DNA of 63,783 nucleotides, filler included, from Pirum gemmata (GCA_002812295.1; 12 parts of 12 records of this genome joined end to end with filler, not necessarily neighbours in it), one strand, 5' to 3'; positions 12,931 through 25,831 are shown, counted from the first letter of the whole stretch. Made by a program: numbers and translations. The notes: a model not told the origin generated them from the letters alone.

Positions 12931-13488
12931 TAATTACAATAACGTAACAAATATATAATAATAATTAATAATACTAATACTAATACTAATAATAATAATA
13001 ATAATAATAAACCATGGCCACACAGGAATACAAAAATATAATAAAAGTACAAAAGTATAGAAATGTAATAATATAAGCAATCAATGTAAATAAAAAATAT
13101 ATGAAAAGTATCCGATAAAACAATGATACAGCAAAAAGCAATAACATAACATATAATACAATAATGTTTCAGCACAGCACAAAAGGATAAAAAATACAAC
13201 ATATAAGGAAAATTTATTAGTATAACATGAACGACAAAATATGGCAGCAGTAAAATATTATCGTAATGCATAGTTACACAGCCAGTACCGTGGCAGCAAA
13301 ATATGCAGAGTTTACCAGAATCCACGTGTCACCGACTAAGTATACTACGTGTGCATAGAGAGGGGTCTAAACGCAAAAAAATAAAATAAAATAAAAAAAT
13401 AAAAGAGCGTTGTCAAATTGCAAAGAGACCTCTTAGAAAATGAACTAGTAACTCGACGTTTATGGGTCATGTGACTTTTAAAAGGATT

Positions 13489-13527
<39 letters not shown>

Positions 13528-13867
13528 ACCCCCACCAATAACAATTAGAAGCTAATCTAGAGCTTAAAACAAGCCAACTTTGTTATTGAATGTTCTTCAT
13601 AGCACCGTTATTACCCATTCTATAAACATTTATATTTTGTTTCCAGAAGGTCACTTTAAGCACCAGAAAATCCAAACTAAAGCAACAAAAAGTAATTCTA
13701 GACAATCTAGATTTTTAACTAATTATTTCCTCCTAAAAAATGCCTAGATGTTAGTTTTTTTTTTTTCATTTTCTATGATAAGAACAAAGAAAAAATTGGG
13801 ATTTGACCAATGAAAAGCATTGAATACCATTAATAATAATAATTTTTAAAAAACGACACTTTAAAGT

Positions 13868-14100
13868 AGTAGGGGTGAGATGACGTCATTTTATTATTAC
13901 CGAACAGCTGCCGGAACTTTTCCGATTTTTATGGTTATTATTACTATTAATTGAATATTATTACTTTTTTTGGTATATACTATAATTAGATTTACTATTT
14001 TAAACTATTTAACTGCTATTATTAGTAAAGAACTTTGAATTAAGGTTGGCTCGATAAGCATCTGTTCGAAAAAAGTTCCAGTGGATATCTCACCCCTACT
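13868..14100 (+). mobile_element. MITE family B1 copy
   Basis: AGTAGGGGTGAGAT...ATCTCACCCCTACT. Confidence 0.85.
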
Positions 14101-15533
14101 TTTAAAAAGTTCACTTTTCGCTGACAAATTCGAAATTTTCCAATTTCGTTTTGTTTAAAATCCAATCAAAAGTAATTATTTTTTAAATATTTTTAAACTT
14201 TATTGAAAAATTTTATTTATGTTTTATTATTATAATATGATTTATATTCAAATTATTAATACTTATCAAATAATCAACTCATAATATTATTAATTGCAAC
14301 ATTTACTTTATTGTTTGGTTTACTACCGTTCATACTAAAATTACAACATTATCAAAGTTACAGTTTTTAAAACACAAATTTTACTTTTACACATTTCACC
14401 CTTTTCAAGAGAGGTTCTTACAATTCCCAATTTTAATTAAGAGAGTTTTTTCTACTTTTCCATTTTCTTACTCTATTTATACTATTCCATTACAATAGAC
14501 TTAACCACTATCACTCCGATCACACTTGATAGACTATTCACTCTTGATAGACTATTCAACAACGTATAATAATAATAAGTACAGTTATTATTATTATTAA
14601 AATCAATATACTTACAAAATACACTCAATCATTATTTCAATTATTCATTACATTTACATCATTCCATCAATCATTACACATTCAACACACATTCAATTAC
14701 ACTATATAATAATAGTAAGTACAGTTATTACTATTATTACATTGCTATATACATAAGTATTAATACACTTATTTTTTATACCTTGACTTTCTTTGAGTCT
14801 ATGACCTTCTTTATATATACTTCACACTTACTTACTTTTAAAATTTACAGCATATGTTACACATTTGGCATAGATACTATTATATTACACGTATTTATAT
14901 ATGCTTCGCACTTGGCATATTATTTACTTAATTTCATTTACAGCATATGTTACACACTTGACATAGATACTGTTATATTACACTTACTATTATTATTCTA
15001 TAGACTATAAATAAGTACACTTTAATTTATTAGACTATACCTTTTAATTAATCTATTGCTATGATACGTCAATTGTTACAAAAACAGTACTACAACCGAA
15101 AAAACTCTGGCTGCCTTGCTACACAACTTCCTATCTCGCCACACAAATTTTATTTCTTGCAACACAAAATAAATTTTGACTACAAGTACCAGTGTATTGG
15201 AAGCAGAAAAACTGAGAATGGTCTGTTTCTTCTACTTACTAGCTAGGATAGTTTTCTAGGATTATAGTCGGGCTTTTTTTTTTTTTTATTTTATTATTTT
15301 TTTTTTTTTTATAAATTTTATTATATTATAGAAAAAAAAAAAAGCAAAAAAAGGTATAAAAGAATGAGCAACAGAGCAAATATAAAACATCAATAAAAAT
15401 AATATCAAGAATAATAATAACTATACAACAACTACTTCAGGAATAACACTAATTACAGTACAACAATTAGCAACAGTAACAACTACAGCTTTTACAATTA
15501 CAAGAAACAGTCAACAATCAACAACCTAGAAAA

Positions 15534-16226
15534 ATGGATATTCAAAACTTAGAAAAAGATTACCTTGAATTCATCACCAACAATTCCACAAAATATGGCA
15601 AGCCACTCTTTTACGGTATGCCAGGTCAAACAGAAGAAGAGCAAAAAATCAGAGCCCATTTCAAAAAACATGACCACTTTTTAGGCACTTGTGCTCCAGG
15701 AGGTTGCGGTTGCCCGATTAATATATTGTGCTGGACCATTTTTTTACCTTTCGCTGTTTACAATTGTGCAATGAAATTTAAAAGGGCTAAAGAAAAGTCC
15801 GCGAAAAAAGCTTTGCAGTTGCGAAGCCAACGCTTTGTAGTATTCAGCACTAGTGTGGTGAAATTGGGTAAAACTTTTGACGGAACCATCGAAGAACTTA
15901 AACAATTGCATTTTGCTGATCACAATGAAATCAAACAGGAATTTACTAATCATGTTTTAGATATCAACAATGATGGTATTAATGGTTGTTTTCAAAATAT
16001 GATGGTACCAAGTATTTCCGGTGTTTTGGTTTTTACTGGTGAAACGCGCCGCATTTTTAAGGGAGGAGACCGTAGTGATCCTAGTAACTGGGAAATTCGC
16101 CCGGTTCCTGAAACTAGTATGCTGATGCCCGAAAGTTTGGCTGCTGAATTTTCAGGACAATTGCAAGAAACTCTTCGAAATTTTAAAACGGGAAACTATC
16201 AGCACCCTTCCCTAGAGAAAATTTAA
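15534..16226 (+). CDS. Intronless 230-aa protein with a Cys-rich hydrophobic segment followed by a probable beta-rich (bacterial-PH-like) domain; function unknown
   Basis: Long non-repetitive ORF with AAAA before the ATG; segment CAPGGCGCPINILCWTIFLPFAVYNC followed by a basic stretch. The partial paralog at 11404-11789 keeps the same frame. The domain call is an impression only. Confidence 0.75.
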   Translation: MDIQNLEKDYLEFITNNSTKYGKPLFYGMPGQTEEEQKIRAHFKKHDHFLGTCAPGGCGCPINILCWTIFLPFAVYNCAMKFKRAKEKSAKKALQLRSQRFVVFSTSVVKLGKTFDGTIEELKQLHFADHNEIKQEFTNHVLDINNDGINGCFQNMMVPSISGVLVFTGETRRIFKGGDRSDPSNWEIRPVPETSMLMPESLAAEFSGQLQETLRNFKTGNYQHPSLEKI

Positions 16227-16243
16227 AGTTTGAATTAATAAAT

Positions 16244-16274
<31 letters not shown>

Positions 16275-16394
16275 AGGTAATAATGATAATAAAATTATAA
16301 GTTATAAATAATATTTTACCTTTTTTTACCGCTTATTTTTATTATTTTTATTATAATTATAAAAATATATATATAAATTTCATTACAATAATAA

Positions 16395-16437
<43 letters not shown>

Positions 16438-16966
16438 AAAATAATAATAGTAATAATATTAATAATAATAATAACAATAACAATANNNNNNNNNNNNNNN
16501 NNNNNNNNNNNNNNNNNNNNNNNNNNNNNTTAATTAATTAANNNNNNNNNNNNNNNNNNNNNNNNNNNNNNNNNNNNNNNNNNNNTTATTGTTATTATTG
16601 TTATTATTATTATTATTATTGTTGTTGTCATTGTTATCATTTCATTTTAATGTTTCTTTATTTTGTTTCACGTTCAGAGAAATGAAATGGTTATATTTCA
16701 ACAAACACACACACTTACACACACACACTTACACACACACTTACACACACACTTACACACACACTTACACACACACTTACACACACACATACACACACAC
16801 ACACACACACACATACACACACACACATTTACACATATACACACATATATACACACACTTACACACATATACACACACACTTACACACACACTTACACAA
16901 CGACCAAAAAAGTAAAATTCGGTTTTGTTAATAAAATAATTTCTTTGTTTCTAATTACAAAATTAG

Positions 16967-18710
16967 ATGGTAGTGAAGATCAGTTGAAAGATTTAGAAAA
17001 ATTTGTTGGTTACACGGAAAATACCATTTTATTTGTAAACAATGAATTACATATTGAATTAGTAACCGATTCTACTGGGGGAAACGACATAGGTATTAAT
17101 ATTGTATTATGAAGTTTGGTTTTTGTTGTTTATATTTTGATTTGAAGCTGTACATTTTGTTATTTTTATTGATCCATGTCATTAAAATAACAACAAAATC
17201 AACACATAATAATTGTAAAATCCAATAACAACTGTAACAACTGTAACAACAAATAACAACAAATAACAACTATAATTTTACAACTTGCAGCAAAATTACA
17301 CCATGCCTCTTTAAAAGATGTTATCATAGAGTCAGCCATGTCTGCTATCCTAGATTGTGAAGATTCAGTTGCCGCTGTAGACGCAGAAGACAAAGTTAAA
17401 GCTTACGGTGTATGGAACGAAATGAATAAAGGTACTCTTAATTACTCTTGTTTGAACTTAATTTATTTAATAATTATAATATATATATATATATATAATT
17501 GTAAGAATGTATCAGAATTTAATACCACGTTAAAGTACACGTGAATTTTGATTCGATTTGCCTATACAAATATTTTTGATGATGGGATAAAATGCATTTT
17601 TTTAAATAATAAACATCAAATTAAAGATTTTTAGCTATCAATTTATGTTAATTATGTTTTGCTTTATTACAATCCAATGAAAAAAAACTCTTTGAATAAG
17701 TTGAGTGTAGACCAATGAAAAATCTCAAATTAAGTTCTTTTAAAACGTTTATTTAATAATAGACCAATAAAGAAAAGCTCGAATTTAAGACTTTTTGATG
17801 TTTTTTTTTAAAGAACAGTAGTCTTTTAATCATAACAAAAATGTCTAAAAGTCCCAATATAGTATATATAATAGTCTTGTACAAAATATGAGACTATTTT
17901 ATAGTTTTTAATAATGTAAATTCTAATTAATATATATATATATATAATAATAATAAAGGTACTCTGACTTGTACATTTCAAAAGGGCGGTAAAGAAATTA
18001 AACGAGCTTTACACAAAGACAAGAGTTGGACTTCTCATTCTGGGGGAACATACTCTCTGCCAGGAAGAGTTTTAATGTTGGTTCGTAACGTTGGAATTCA
18101 TATGACCACGAACGCTGTTCTTATGGACGGAAAAGAAATCCCAGAAGGTATGGTTTTGTATACATTATTCTTGTTATTAACATTTTTAGTGTTGTTTAAT
18201 AAGCATAGTGCTATTGATGAAACGTTTAATAATTTTTTATTATTACAAAAACTAAGAAAATTAAATTTCTAACAATAATAACAACGATAACAATAATAAT
18301 AATAATAATAACAACAACAACAATAACAACAATAACAATAATAAAAATATTAACAACAATAACAACAACAACAACAATAACAACAACAACAGTAACAACA
18401 ACAACAACAACAGCAATAATAAAAATAAAAACGATAATAACGATAACAACGATAACAACGATTATAACGATAACAACGATAACAACGATAAAAGAGAACA
18501 ACGATAAAAAAGATAACAACAATAACATCAATGAACTATATGCTCTTTCCCTGATTTATTTTATGATAGGTATTCTGGATGCTATGGTGACTGTTTTGGG
18601 TGCCAAACATGATTTATTGAAGTCCCCAGACTCCGAATACAAAAATACCAAGAACGGTAGTATATACATAGGTATTTATCTTTTTTTTTTTCGTTTGTTT
18701 TTTGTTTTTC

Positions 18711-18758
<48 letters not shown>

Positions 18759-20472
18759 CGTTTGTTTTTTGTTTTTTTTTTTTTTTTTTTGTTTTTTTTG
18801 TTTTTGTTTTTGGTATTGAATTTTAAATTTTTCAAATTTCTTGAAATTTATATATATATATATTTGTTGTTTGTTTTTGTTGTTTGTTTTTTCTTTGTGT
18901 ATACCTTTTTTTGGTTTTAATTTTATTGATTATCAAAACAATTAGTCAAACCTAAAATGCACGGACCGAAAGAAGTCGCTTTTACAGCCAACTTGTTTTC
19001 CAAAGTAGAAGAAGCTTTAAATATACCTGAGAATACAATCAAAGTAGGTATAATGGATGAAGAAAGAAGGACTTCAGCCAATTTAAAAGAATGTATAAGG
19101 TAAGTATTTTTCTATTTACAACTATAAGCTCTCTTTAATACATTTCTTGTCTAGTTAAACCTTGTTTTTTCGTGAAGTTTTGTTAAACCGCAATCTGATC
19201 GTTTTAAATCTTTGTTAAGTTTCTTATTCCTATTCTTATTTTTGTTTTTGTTTTTGTTCTTATTATTATTATTATTCGTATTCTTATTCTTATATTTATT
19301 TTTATTCTATTCTTATTCTTATTCTTATTCTTATTCTTATTCTTATTCTTATTCTTATTCTTATTCTTATTCTTGTTCTTGTTCTTATTCTTACTCTTAC
19401 TCTTATTCTTACTCTTATTCTTATTCTTGTTCTTGTTCTTGTTCTTATTCTTATTCTTATTCTTATTCTTATTCTTATTCTTATTCTTATTCTTATTCTT
19501 ATTCTTATGTTCTAGGCAAGCCAAGGACAGGCTTGTTTTTATCAATACTGGTTTCTTAGACCGTACTGGGGATGAAATTCATACTAGTAATGAAGCAGGG
19601 ATTATGCACTTAAAGAGTGAAATTAAGCAACAAAAATGGCTGAATGCTTATGAAAATAATAATGTTGATGTAGGCTTAGAAACGGGGCTACCCGGTAAAG
19701 CTCAAATTGGGAAAGGTATGTGGGCTAGACCAGATTCTATGCGTGCTATGATAAATGAGAAAATAGGTCACCCGAAATCAGGTTTGTTATATAATATAAT
19801 CTATATTGTACATTGAAAGTATTTTAAGTTTATTTGTTTTATTAAAGTAGTTATATTAAAAAACTTTTAAGAATATAATTTTTTTTCTTCGTTCATCTAC
19901 TGGGGGTTCTAATTAAAAAAAAAATTATAAAAAAAACTAAATAACAAACATTGATAATAAAAAAACCCTCAAAACAAAACAGGGGCGAATTGTTCTTGGG
20001 TTCCTTCACCCACTGCTGCCACACTACACGCTACACATTATCATACTGTTTCGGTACACGAAATTCAAAAAAACATTGCAGCCACAAGAAAAAGGACGGA
20101 CTTAACTGATTTACTTACACCACCTATCACACCACTCGGTCACAAATTCAATGAAAAGGATATTGACAATGAATTAAGGAATAACATTCAAGGTATATTA
20201 GGGTATGTAGTTAGATGGATAGATCAGGGTATTGGTTGTTCTAAAGTACCTAACATTAACGGCGTTGGTTTAATGGAGGACAGAGCTACGTTAAGGATAT
20301 CCAGTCAACATGTTGCTAACTGGATTTATCAAAAGGTGGATTTTTATTTACGTTATCGACGTTTGTTACGATTATTATTGTGATTATTATTGTGATTATT
20401 ATTGTGATTATTATTATCGGTGTCTTATTGCTTGTCGAAATGTTCCTCTACTACTACTACTACTACTACTAC

Positions 20473-20512
<40 letters not shown>

Positions 20513-20778
20513 TTATTATCATTAAAAAAAACATTCTTTTACAAAACTAGGTTGTCACAAAAGAAAAAGTCGAAGCAATATTTAAAGAAATGGCAGTAAT
20601 TGTAGACGAACAAAATAAAAATGATACGAAGTATACAAAAATGTCTACTGATTTTGATAATAATATAGCTTTTGCTGCTTCCCAAGATTTGGTATTTAAA
20701 GGTCTAGATGTCATGAATGGATACACAGAACCGTTTCTGACACAAAGACGTCGTGAATTTAAGGCCAAAAATAAATAA
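16967..20778 (+). CDS. glcB: Malate synthase G, 5'-truncated; exons 16967-17092, 17291-17431, 17959-18147, 18570-18671, 18946-19099, 19516-19781, 19983-20335, 20551-20778
   Basis: The spliced frame gives G-type motifs [99 protein letters not shown] and NGYTEP. GT..AG introns with matching phases. Confidence 0.93.
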
Positions 20779-21782
20779 AATGCAAACATTAAAATTATCA
20801 TTACTAACCAATTCCCTTGTAGCTTGTAGTTGGGAGTGGAAGTGGTGAGCGGGGAAGGCGGAGTAGCAATTTTTTTGGGATATCTTGTTTTTTTTTTATT
20901 AAAATCGGAAAACTGTATATTATAATTCTGTAAAAGTAGAAATTTAACAATACAATTATGTTATTACTAATTTTGTCCATCGAGTTTTATTATATTATAT
21001 TTAGGTGTTAGGTTTGTTTGCCTGTTTATTTTATTCCGCAGAAAAGTGATTTATTATTTTAATTTCTATACAAAAAAAAAACAGTAATGTTGTTTAAAGT
21101 ACAGTCTCTTTAATATACGCGACAAAAGTAAACTTAAATAATTTGTCTAGTGCAATATTTTATAACCATATGCCTGTGTACATTTTATAACGATTTTATA
21201 ATTAAGAAATATTAAGCATTCACTATTTTGTGATAATCCCAATTTAATTAAGTTTTAATCTTCTATATTATTACAAATGCAATACAATGGAAGGACCTCT
21301 GGCTGTTTATAGAGTCAACCATAAATAATAATAATAATAATGATAGTACAAATGATAATAAAGAAATAGATACTTTAATTTTTATAAATTTTAACTACCA
21401 TATTCAAAATGCCAATATGCAGTTAATATAATTCATTTTATTTTTGAATAGTTTTGTTCTTAATGTTGCTCGCATATTAATATTAATAATAAAGTAAATA
21501 AAAGAAGAAAAAAAACCTGCAATATTTATATTTCATTGTTATTATTATTATTATTATTTTATATTTCTTAATAATCCACATTTGCTTGTTGTTTATCAAT
21601 ATTTATAATAATAATAATAATAATAATAATANNNNNNNNNNNNNNNNNNNNNNNNNNNNNNNNNNNNNNNNNNNNTTAATTAATTAANNNNNNNNNNNNN
21701 NNNNNNNNNNNNNNNNNNNNNNNNNNNNNNNTGATGATGATGATGATGGTAATGATGGTGATGATGATGATGATGATGATGC

Positions 21783-21833
<51 letters not shown>

Positions 21834-21870
21834 CGATGATGATGACGTTGATGATGATTATGATGATGAT

Positions 21871-21918
<48 letters not shown>

Positions 21919-22199
21919 CCTAACCCTAACCCTAACCCTAAGTCCTAAGCCCTAAGCCCTAAGCCCCTCATACTTCTGCTAACAGCTGGGCACATTAACT
22001 CTTTTTTTAATTTTTGTTAGGTTGTCTAAATTCTATTATAAACGTACGGGTTAGGGTTAATGCTTAAGTGAGGTAGGGGAGGAGGGGTTAGGGATTAAGG
22101 TTGGGGGTTAGGGGTTAGGAGTCATGGGTTACGGGTCAGTGTTTACGGGTCAGTGTTTACGGGTCAGGGATTACGTTTACCTGTATTCTTTTCACTATA

Positions 22200-23031
22200 G
22201 AATACTCAAAAAACACCGCTCGAAAATCGTTGTCCAATGTTTTGTTTCCATAGGATTATCCAGTGCTTGCCAGATTTAATGGATAGATCGGTAGAATCCA
22301 CTTATGGAACAACTGGACACTGGGTAAAACAATTCAAAACAAAAATTCAACAGATTCAAACTAAACCACGCCTGACCCTTGTTTGGTGGCTGAGGTATTG
22401 GGATAATACCCAAATACAAGTCGGGTCCGTGAGAATGCCTTGGTATCGCATTTTACGGAGCGTTATTTATCTATAACTATCGTGTGACAGAAGGTCACAA
22501 TATCGATATTTTTTTTTTCATACGCCTCCAAATCGAAATCATGTCGCAACACTTGCATATCTGAAAGACATAGCTATCGCCATTTTCTATTGCTTTCTTA
22601 ATTATTTTTTTAGTATTATTAATATCCACGTGCTTTGAGTTTTCTGTCTTGGAATGGTTTGTTTCAGCAGAATCTGATCTCATTATCTTCATCACGTGTA
22701 CTTGCCTCTAGCTCCTGTTTAAAAAGTTGGTCCAAACAAAAATATTGTCTCTAGTTTCTCTATTCATTTTCTTTTTTAAAGGCTTTGTGATGACATAGTC
22801 CTCATCATCAACATCATCATCATCGTCTTCTGTATAATTAAAAAAATCGTTGTCGTAATCTGATTTATTGTTCAAATCATCGTTATTGATGTAATCTGAT
22901 CCATTGTTCCCAACAAAATTAAAGTCCATATGAAATTCGTCGCTCGCTTCATGATCACAATCCATAAATAAGGTGGTCATTGTCTCCCAAATTTGAATTG
23001 TCACCTTTATATAGCTTTGAGAAAAGCCCAT
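22200..23031 (-). pseudogene. Decayed ORF with an acidic tract and a possible CxC-like cysteine cluster of the type seen in KDZ (Kyakuja/Dileera/Zisupton) transposases
   Basis: Successive minus-strand fragments with stops and frameshifts: ...ICKCC..., IVTFCHT...KCDTK..RLVFGYYPNTS..., ELFYPVSSCSISGFYRSIH*IW. The family resemblance is by eye only. Confidence 0.3.
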
Positions 23032-23791
23032 ACGAACAAATATTGTTTCATTATTTATTGTGTGACAAACTAATTCATGATTGTTTTCTATAATAAATAA
23101 AAAACTGTAATCGGCAACAGTTGTTTGAAATAAAGCCGGTGTGACATAGTATGAAAAAACCGCGTTGATTATTAATTTTGAAAAAATTGTATATTAAATA
23201 TACCACATTGCCGTAAATAGAAGTTTGGTCATAATATATTATATATAGAGGGCTCAAATCTTATTGGTTCTCTTTTACAAAGCCATATCGTAAACATGAT
23301 ATTTTCTCTAATGCTCCGCAGTCTATATGACATGAGTGTCCGGAACTAAGTATTCGTTATATATTTCACTTAAAAAAAACGTAACCGTAACCCTGCTCCT
23401 GTTCCGTTATCGTCATTAATTGTATTGTTAGACCGTTATGCATTTTTTATACATTACTAATTAACTCTAAAAAAATGGGGGTAAGGTATTCTGTTGGCCT
23501 AGAATTTTCTTAGAAGAAATATCCAATGGCCGGCATTAAAAAAATTACCAAATATAGTAATTTATTTTTTTTGGTAAATAATAAGCGCCATATAGAAATA
23601 TATGGCTAAAACTAGTAAATTTGAGATATTAAAAAAGAAAAATAAAACANNNNNNNNNNNNNNNNNNNAAAAAAAAAAAAAAGTCTAAAAAAAAATTTTT
23701 TTTATGCATTATCATAGTATTATTGTAAAAAACACTATGTTTTAAACTGGTATGCTAATTAATCATGCACTAATACATTAAAATCATACAT

Positions 23792-25342
23792 TTATTCAAG
23801 TATTACATCCATAGGGGCTAGACCTTCATTTACACATCTATTTTGAAAATTTACCAAATAAAAACAAACTTTTGATACTTCATTTATCATTGGCATCATA
23901 TTCATGTCAACTTCGCCACCGATGATTGCAAAACTTTTTGCTCTAGCAATAATTCTTTCAACATGTATTCTTGCAGACGCTATTCTCACTGTTAGTTTGT
24001 GATTCTTACTATTCATTTGAACCCCTTTTTGAAGCATAGGTGGCATCTGATAATCAACACCAGCAGGCATTAAATCGGCAATTTCAAAGCCCTTATCAGC
24101 CATAACTAAACTGCCTTCCCATAATTTGCCAAACAACTCTTTTTCATAAAGTTTAGTTATGTCTCTATCACTTATTCCTCCAGGATGGCAATCTGAAATA
24201 TAAGTTACATGTCCAGTAGAAGAGATTCCAACAAGAATTTTCACAGTATTGTGATGTTTATATTCAGACCAAGTTGCACTTTGAAGCTCTCTTGAAGATG
24301 GTGTGTTTATAAAAAGTTCAGTAGCATCAATTATTAAAACTGTGTTAGGATATTTTTCTTTAAAGCATTTTAATATACCTCTATCGATGAAATTTTGGTT
24401 CAATATACTATCTGGCTTAAAAGAAGGATCGATGTTCAAAAAAATGAATTAACAAACTTGTTGTATTTTTAAATATTATAGAAGCCTCGTGCTCTTTTAT
24501 TTGAAATAAAAAAGCTAGGTGATAGTAAAACCAGTTATGCCTTAGTTTCATTAAAGTAAGAAGTAACCCATTTTCAAACGTCATTTTTTTTGAAAGAACT
24601 TTTCCCCAACTCATATCAATACCGATTTCTTTACAAAGATGTATAAAAAAAAGAAGATGTCTAGCTGATGAGAACCCAGTGTATCTATTAGTAAGTGTAT
24701 CGTTAGATATAACTTTGTCAAAAGTAAGTTTTTGTAGAGTATCACGTAAAATTGTATCTCTCTCCTCTTGGGCTTGTTTTACACGCTCTTCCATTTCTTT
24801 AACCTTTTCTTTTAATTCGTCATTTTCTTGTTTTACTTCAGCTAGCTTTTCCTTTAATACTTCATTTTCATTTTTGTTTGTTGCTTTCAACCTTTTTAAC
24901 ATTTCCACCTCTTTGTCTAGTTTCATTATTTCAAGACAACAGTTGGTTAAGACCGTGTCTTTGTCGTCATGATTATATTTACGTTTTAATGAAGATGGTA
25001 CTTTGTTTTTCAAGGCGTTGATATCATTCTGTTTTGTTGTAAACAATTTATACTGAAAAGGAGAAAGTGGTACACCAACTTGCTTCACTTGTGATTGTGT
25101 ACTCTGAATTTGAAACCAATCTTTTTGATGTTGTGATGGCGATATGTTTATTTCTTTCAGTTGTTCTAAGCTGTAAAAATGATCAACACAAATTCTATAT
25201 TCTTTCGAAAAATCATTGTCGTTAAAGTTAATATCAGCTATTTTAAAGAATAGTTTTCTTTCCTCTTCTTTTTTAGGTATACGTTTTACTTTAGTGTTTA
25301 CCTTAGTACAATAGGGCATTTGACACCTAACATGACTAACCA

Positions 25343-25343
<1 letters not shown>
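23792..25343 (-). mobile_element. THAP-HTH-DDE transposase of ISL2EU / PIF-Harbinger type, split by a 1-nt frameshift in an A7/T7 run at 24438-24444
   Basis: N-terminus MVSHVRCQMPYC...RIP...RICVDHF (THAP zinc finger), then a coiled coil, YTGF and LLLTLMKLRHN...LAFLF (HTH of the DDE_Tnp_4 type). The second frame has IIDATELFI, WSEYKHHNTVK, GGISD, VMADKGF and IASARIHVER (DDE triad). Probable start is the ATG at 25343; the poly-Asn upstream of it is microsatellite. Confidence 0.9.
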
Positions 25344-25421
<78 letters not shown>

Positions 25422-25541
25422 GATATCATTATCATCATTTTCATTATCATTATTATCATCATTATTATTATTACTACTATTACTATTATTACTATTATTA
25501 TTATTGTTATTATTAGCATTATTATTATTATACACACTTAC

Positions 25542-25831
25542 CCTTTCGTTTATTCAAATAGAGAGCTTCTTTTTGGTAACCATGAAGGCTTCCTTCGCTC
25601 CATCCACCAGGAATAAAGGCTAAATCTTCGTTTTTCTGCAGTCTTTTAACTAAATCGTTTTTATCAACAGAGCCAATTTTGCCCAAAAAAAGCATGAATA
25701 ACTTGAAAATCGGGCTATTAAATAATTACTTTAGGAAGATGGTAAAATAAATGAGTGTAACCTAAACTGCAAACCCCATGAGGCCCAACACAATATAGCT
25801 TTGGAGCTGCCGTATTACTATCGTTTGTTTC
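25542..25831 (-). pseudogene. DGAT2/MOGAT (DAGAT family) acyltransferase exon with an internal frameshift
   Basis: LYCVGPHGV (cf. HPHG motif); after a frameshift near 25725, LFNSPIFKLF...LAFIPGGWSEG...LYLNKRKG, ending at donor G|GTAAG. Matches the GGxxE...RKGF signature. Confidence 0.7.

Noticed and set aside
24679..24972. Plus-strand ORF overlapping the transposase; likewise 38266-38562, 39700-40071, 40141-40554 and 41167-41364 opposite myosin
   Set aside because: Antisense shadows of real coding sequence.
25344..25535. Poly-Asn N-terminal extension of the transposase ORF
   Set aside because: It is (AAT)n microsatellite following a splice donor; THAP domains normally begin at the N-terminus, matching the ATG at 25343.
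25715..25729. A 15-nt GT..AG micro-intron that might repair the DGAT2-like frameshift
   Set aside because: Removing it leaves the wrong frame (PDFQVIHAFFGQNWLC*), so it does not restore the protein.
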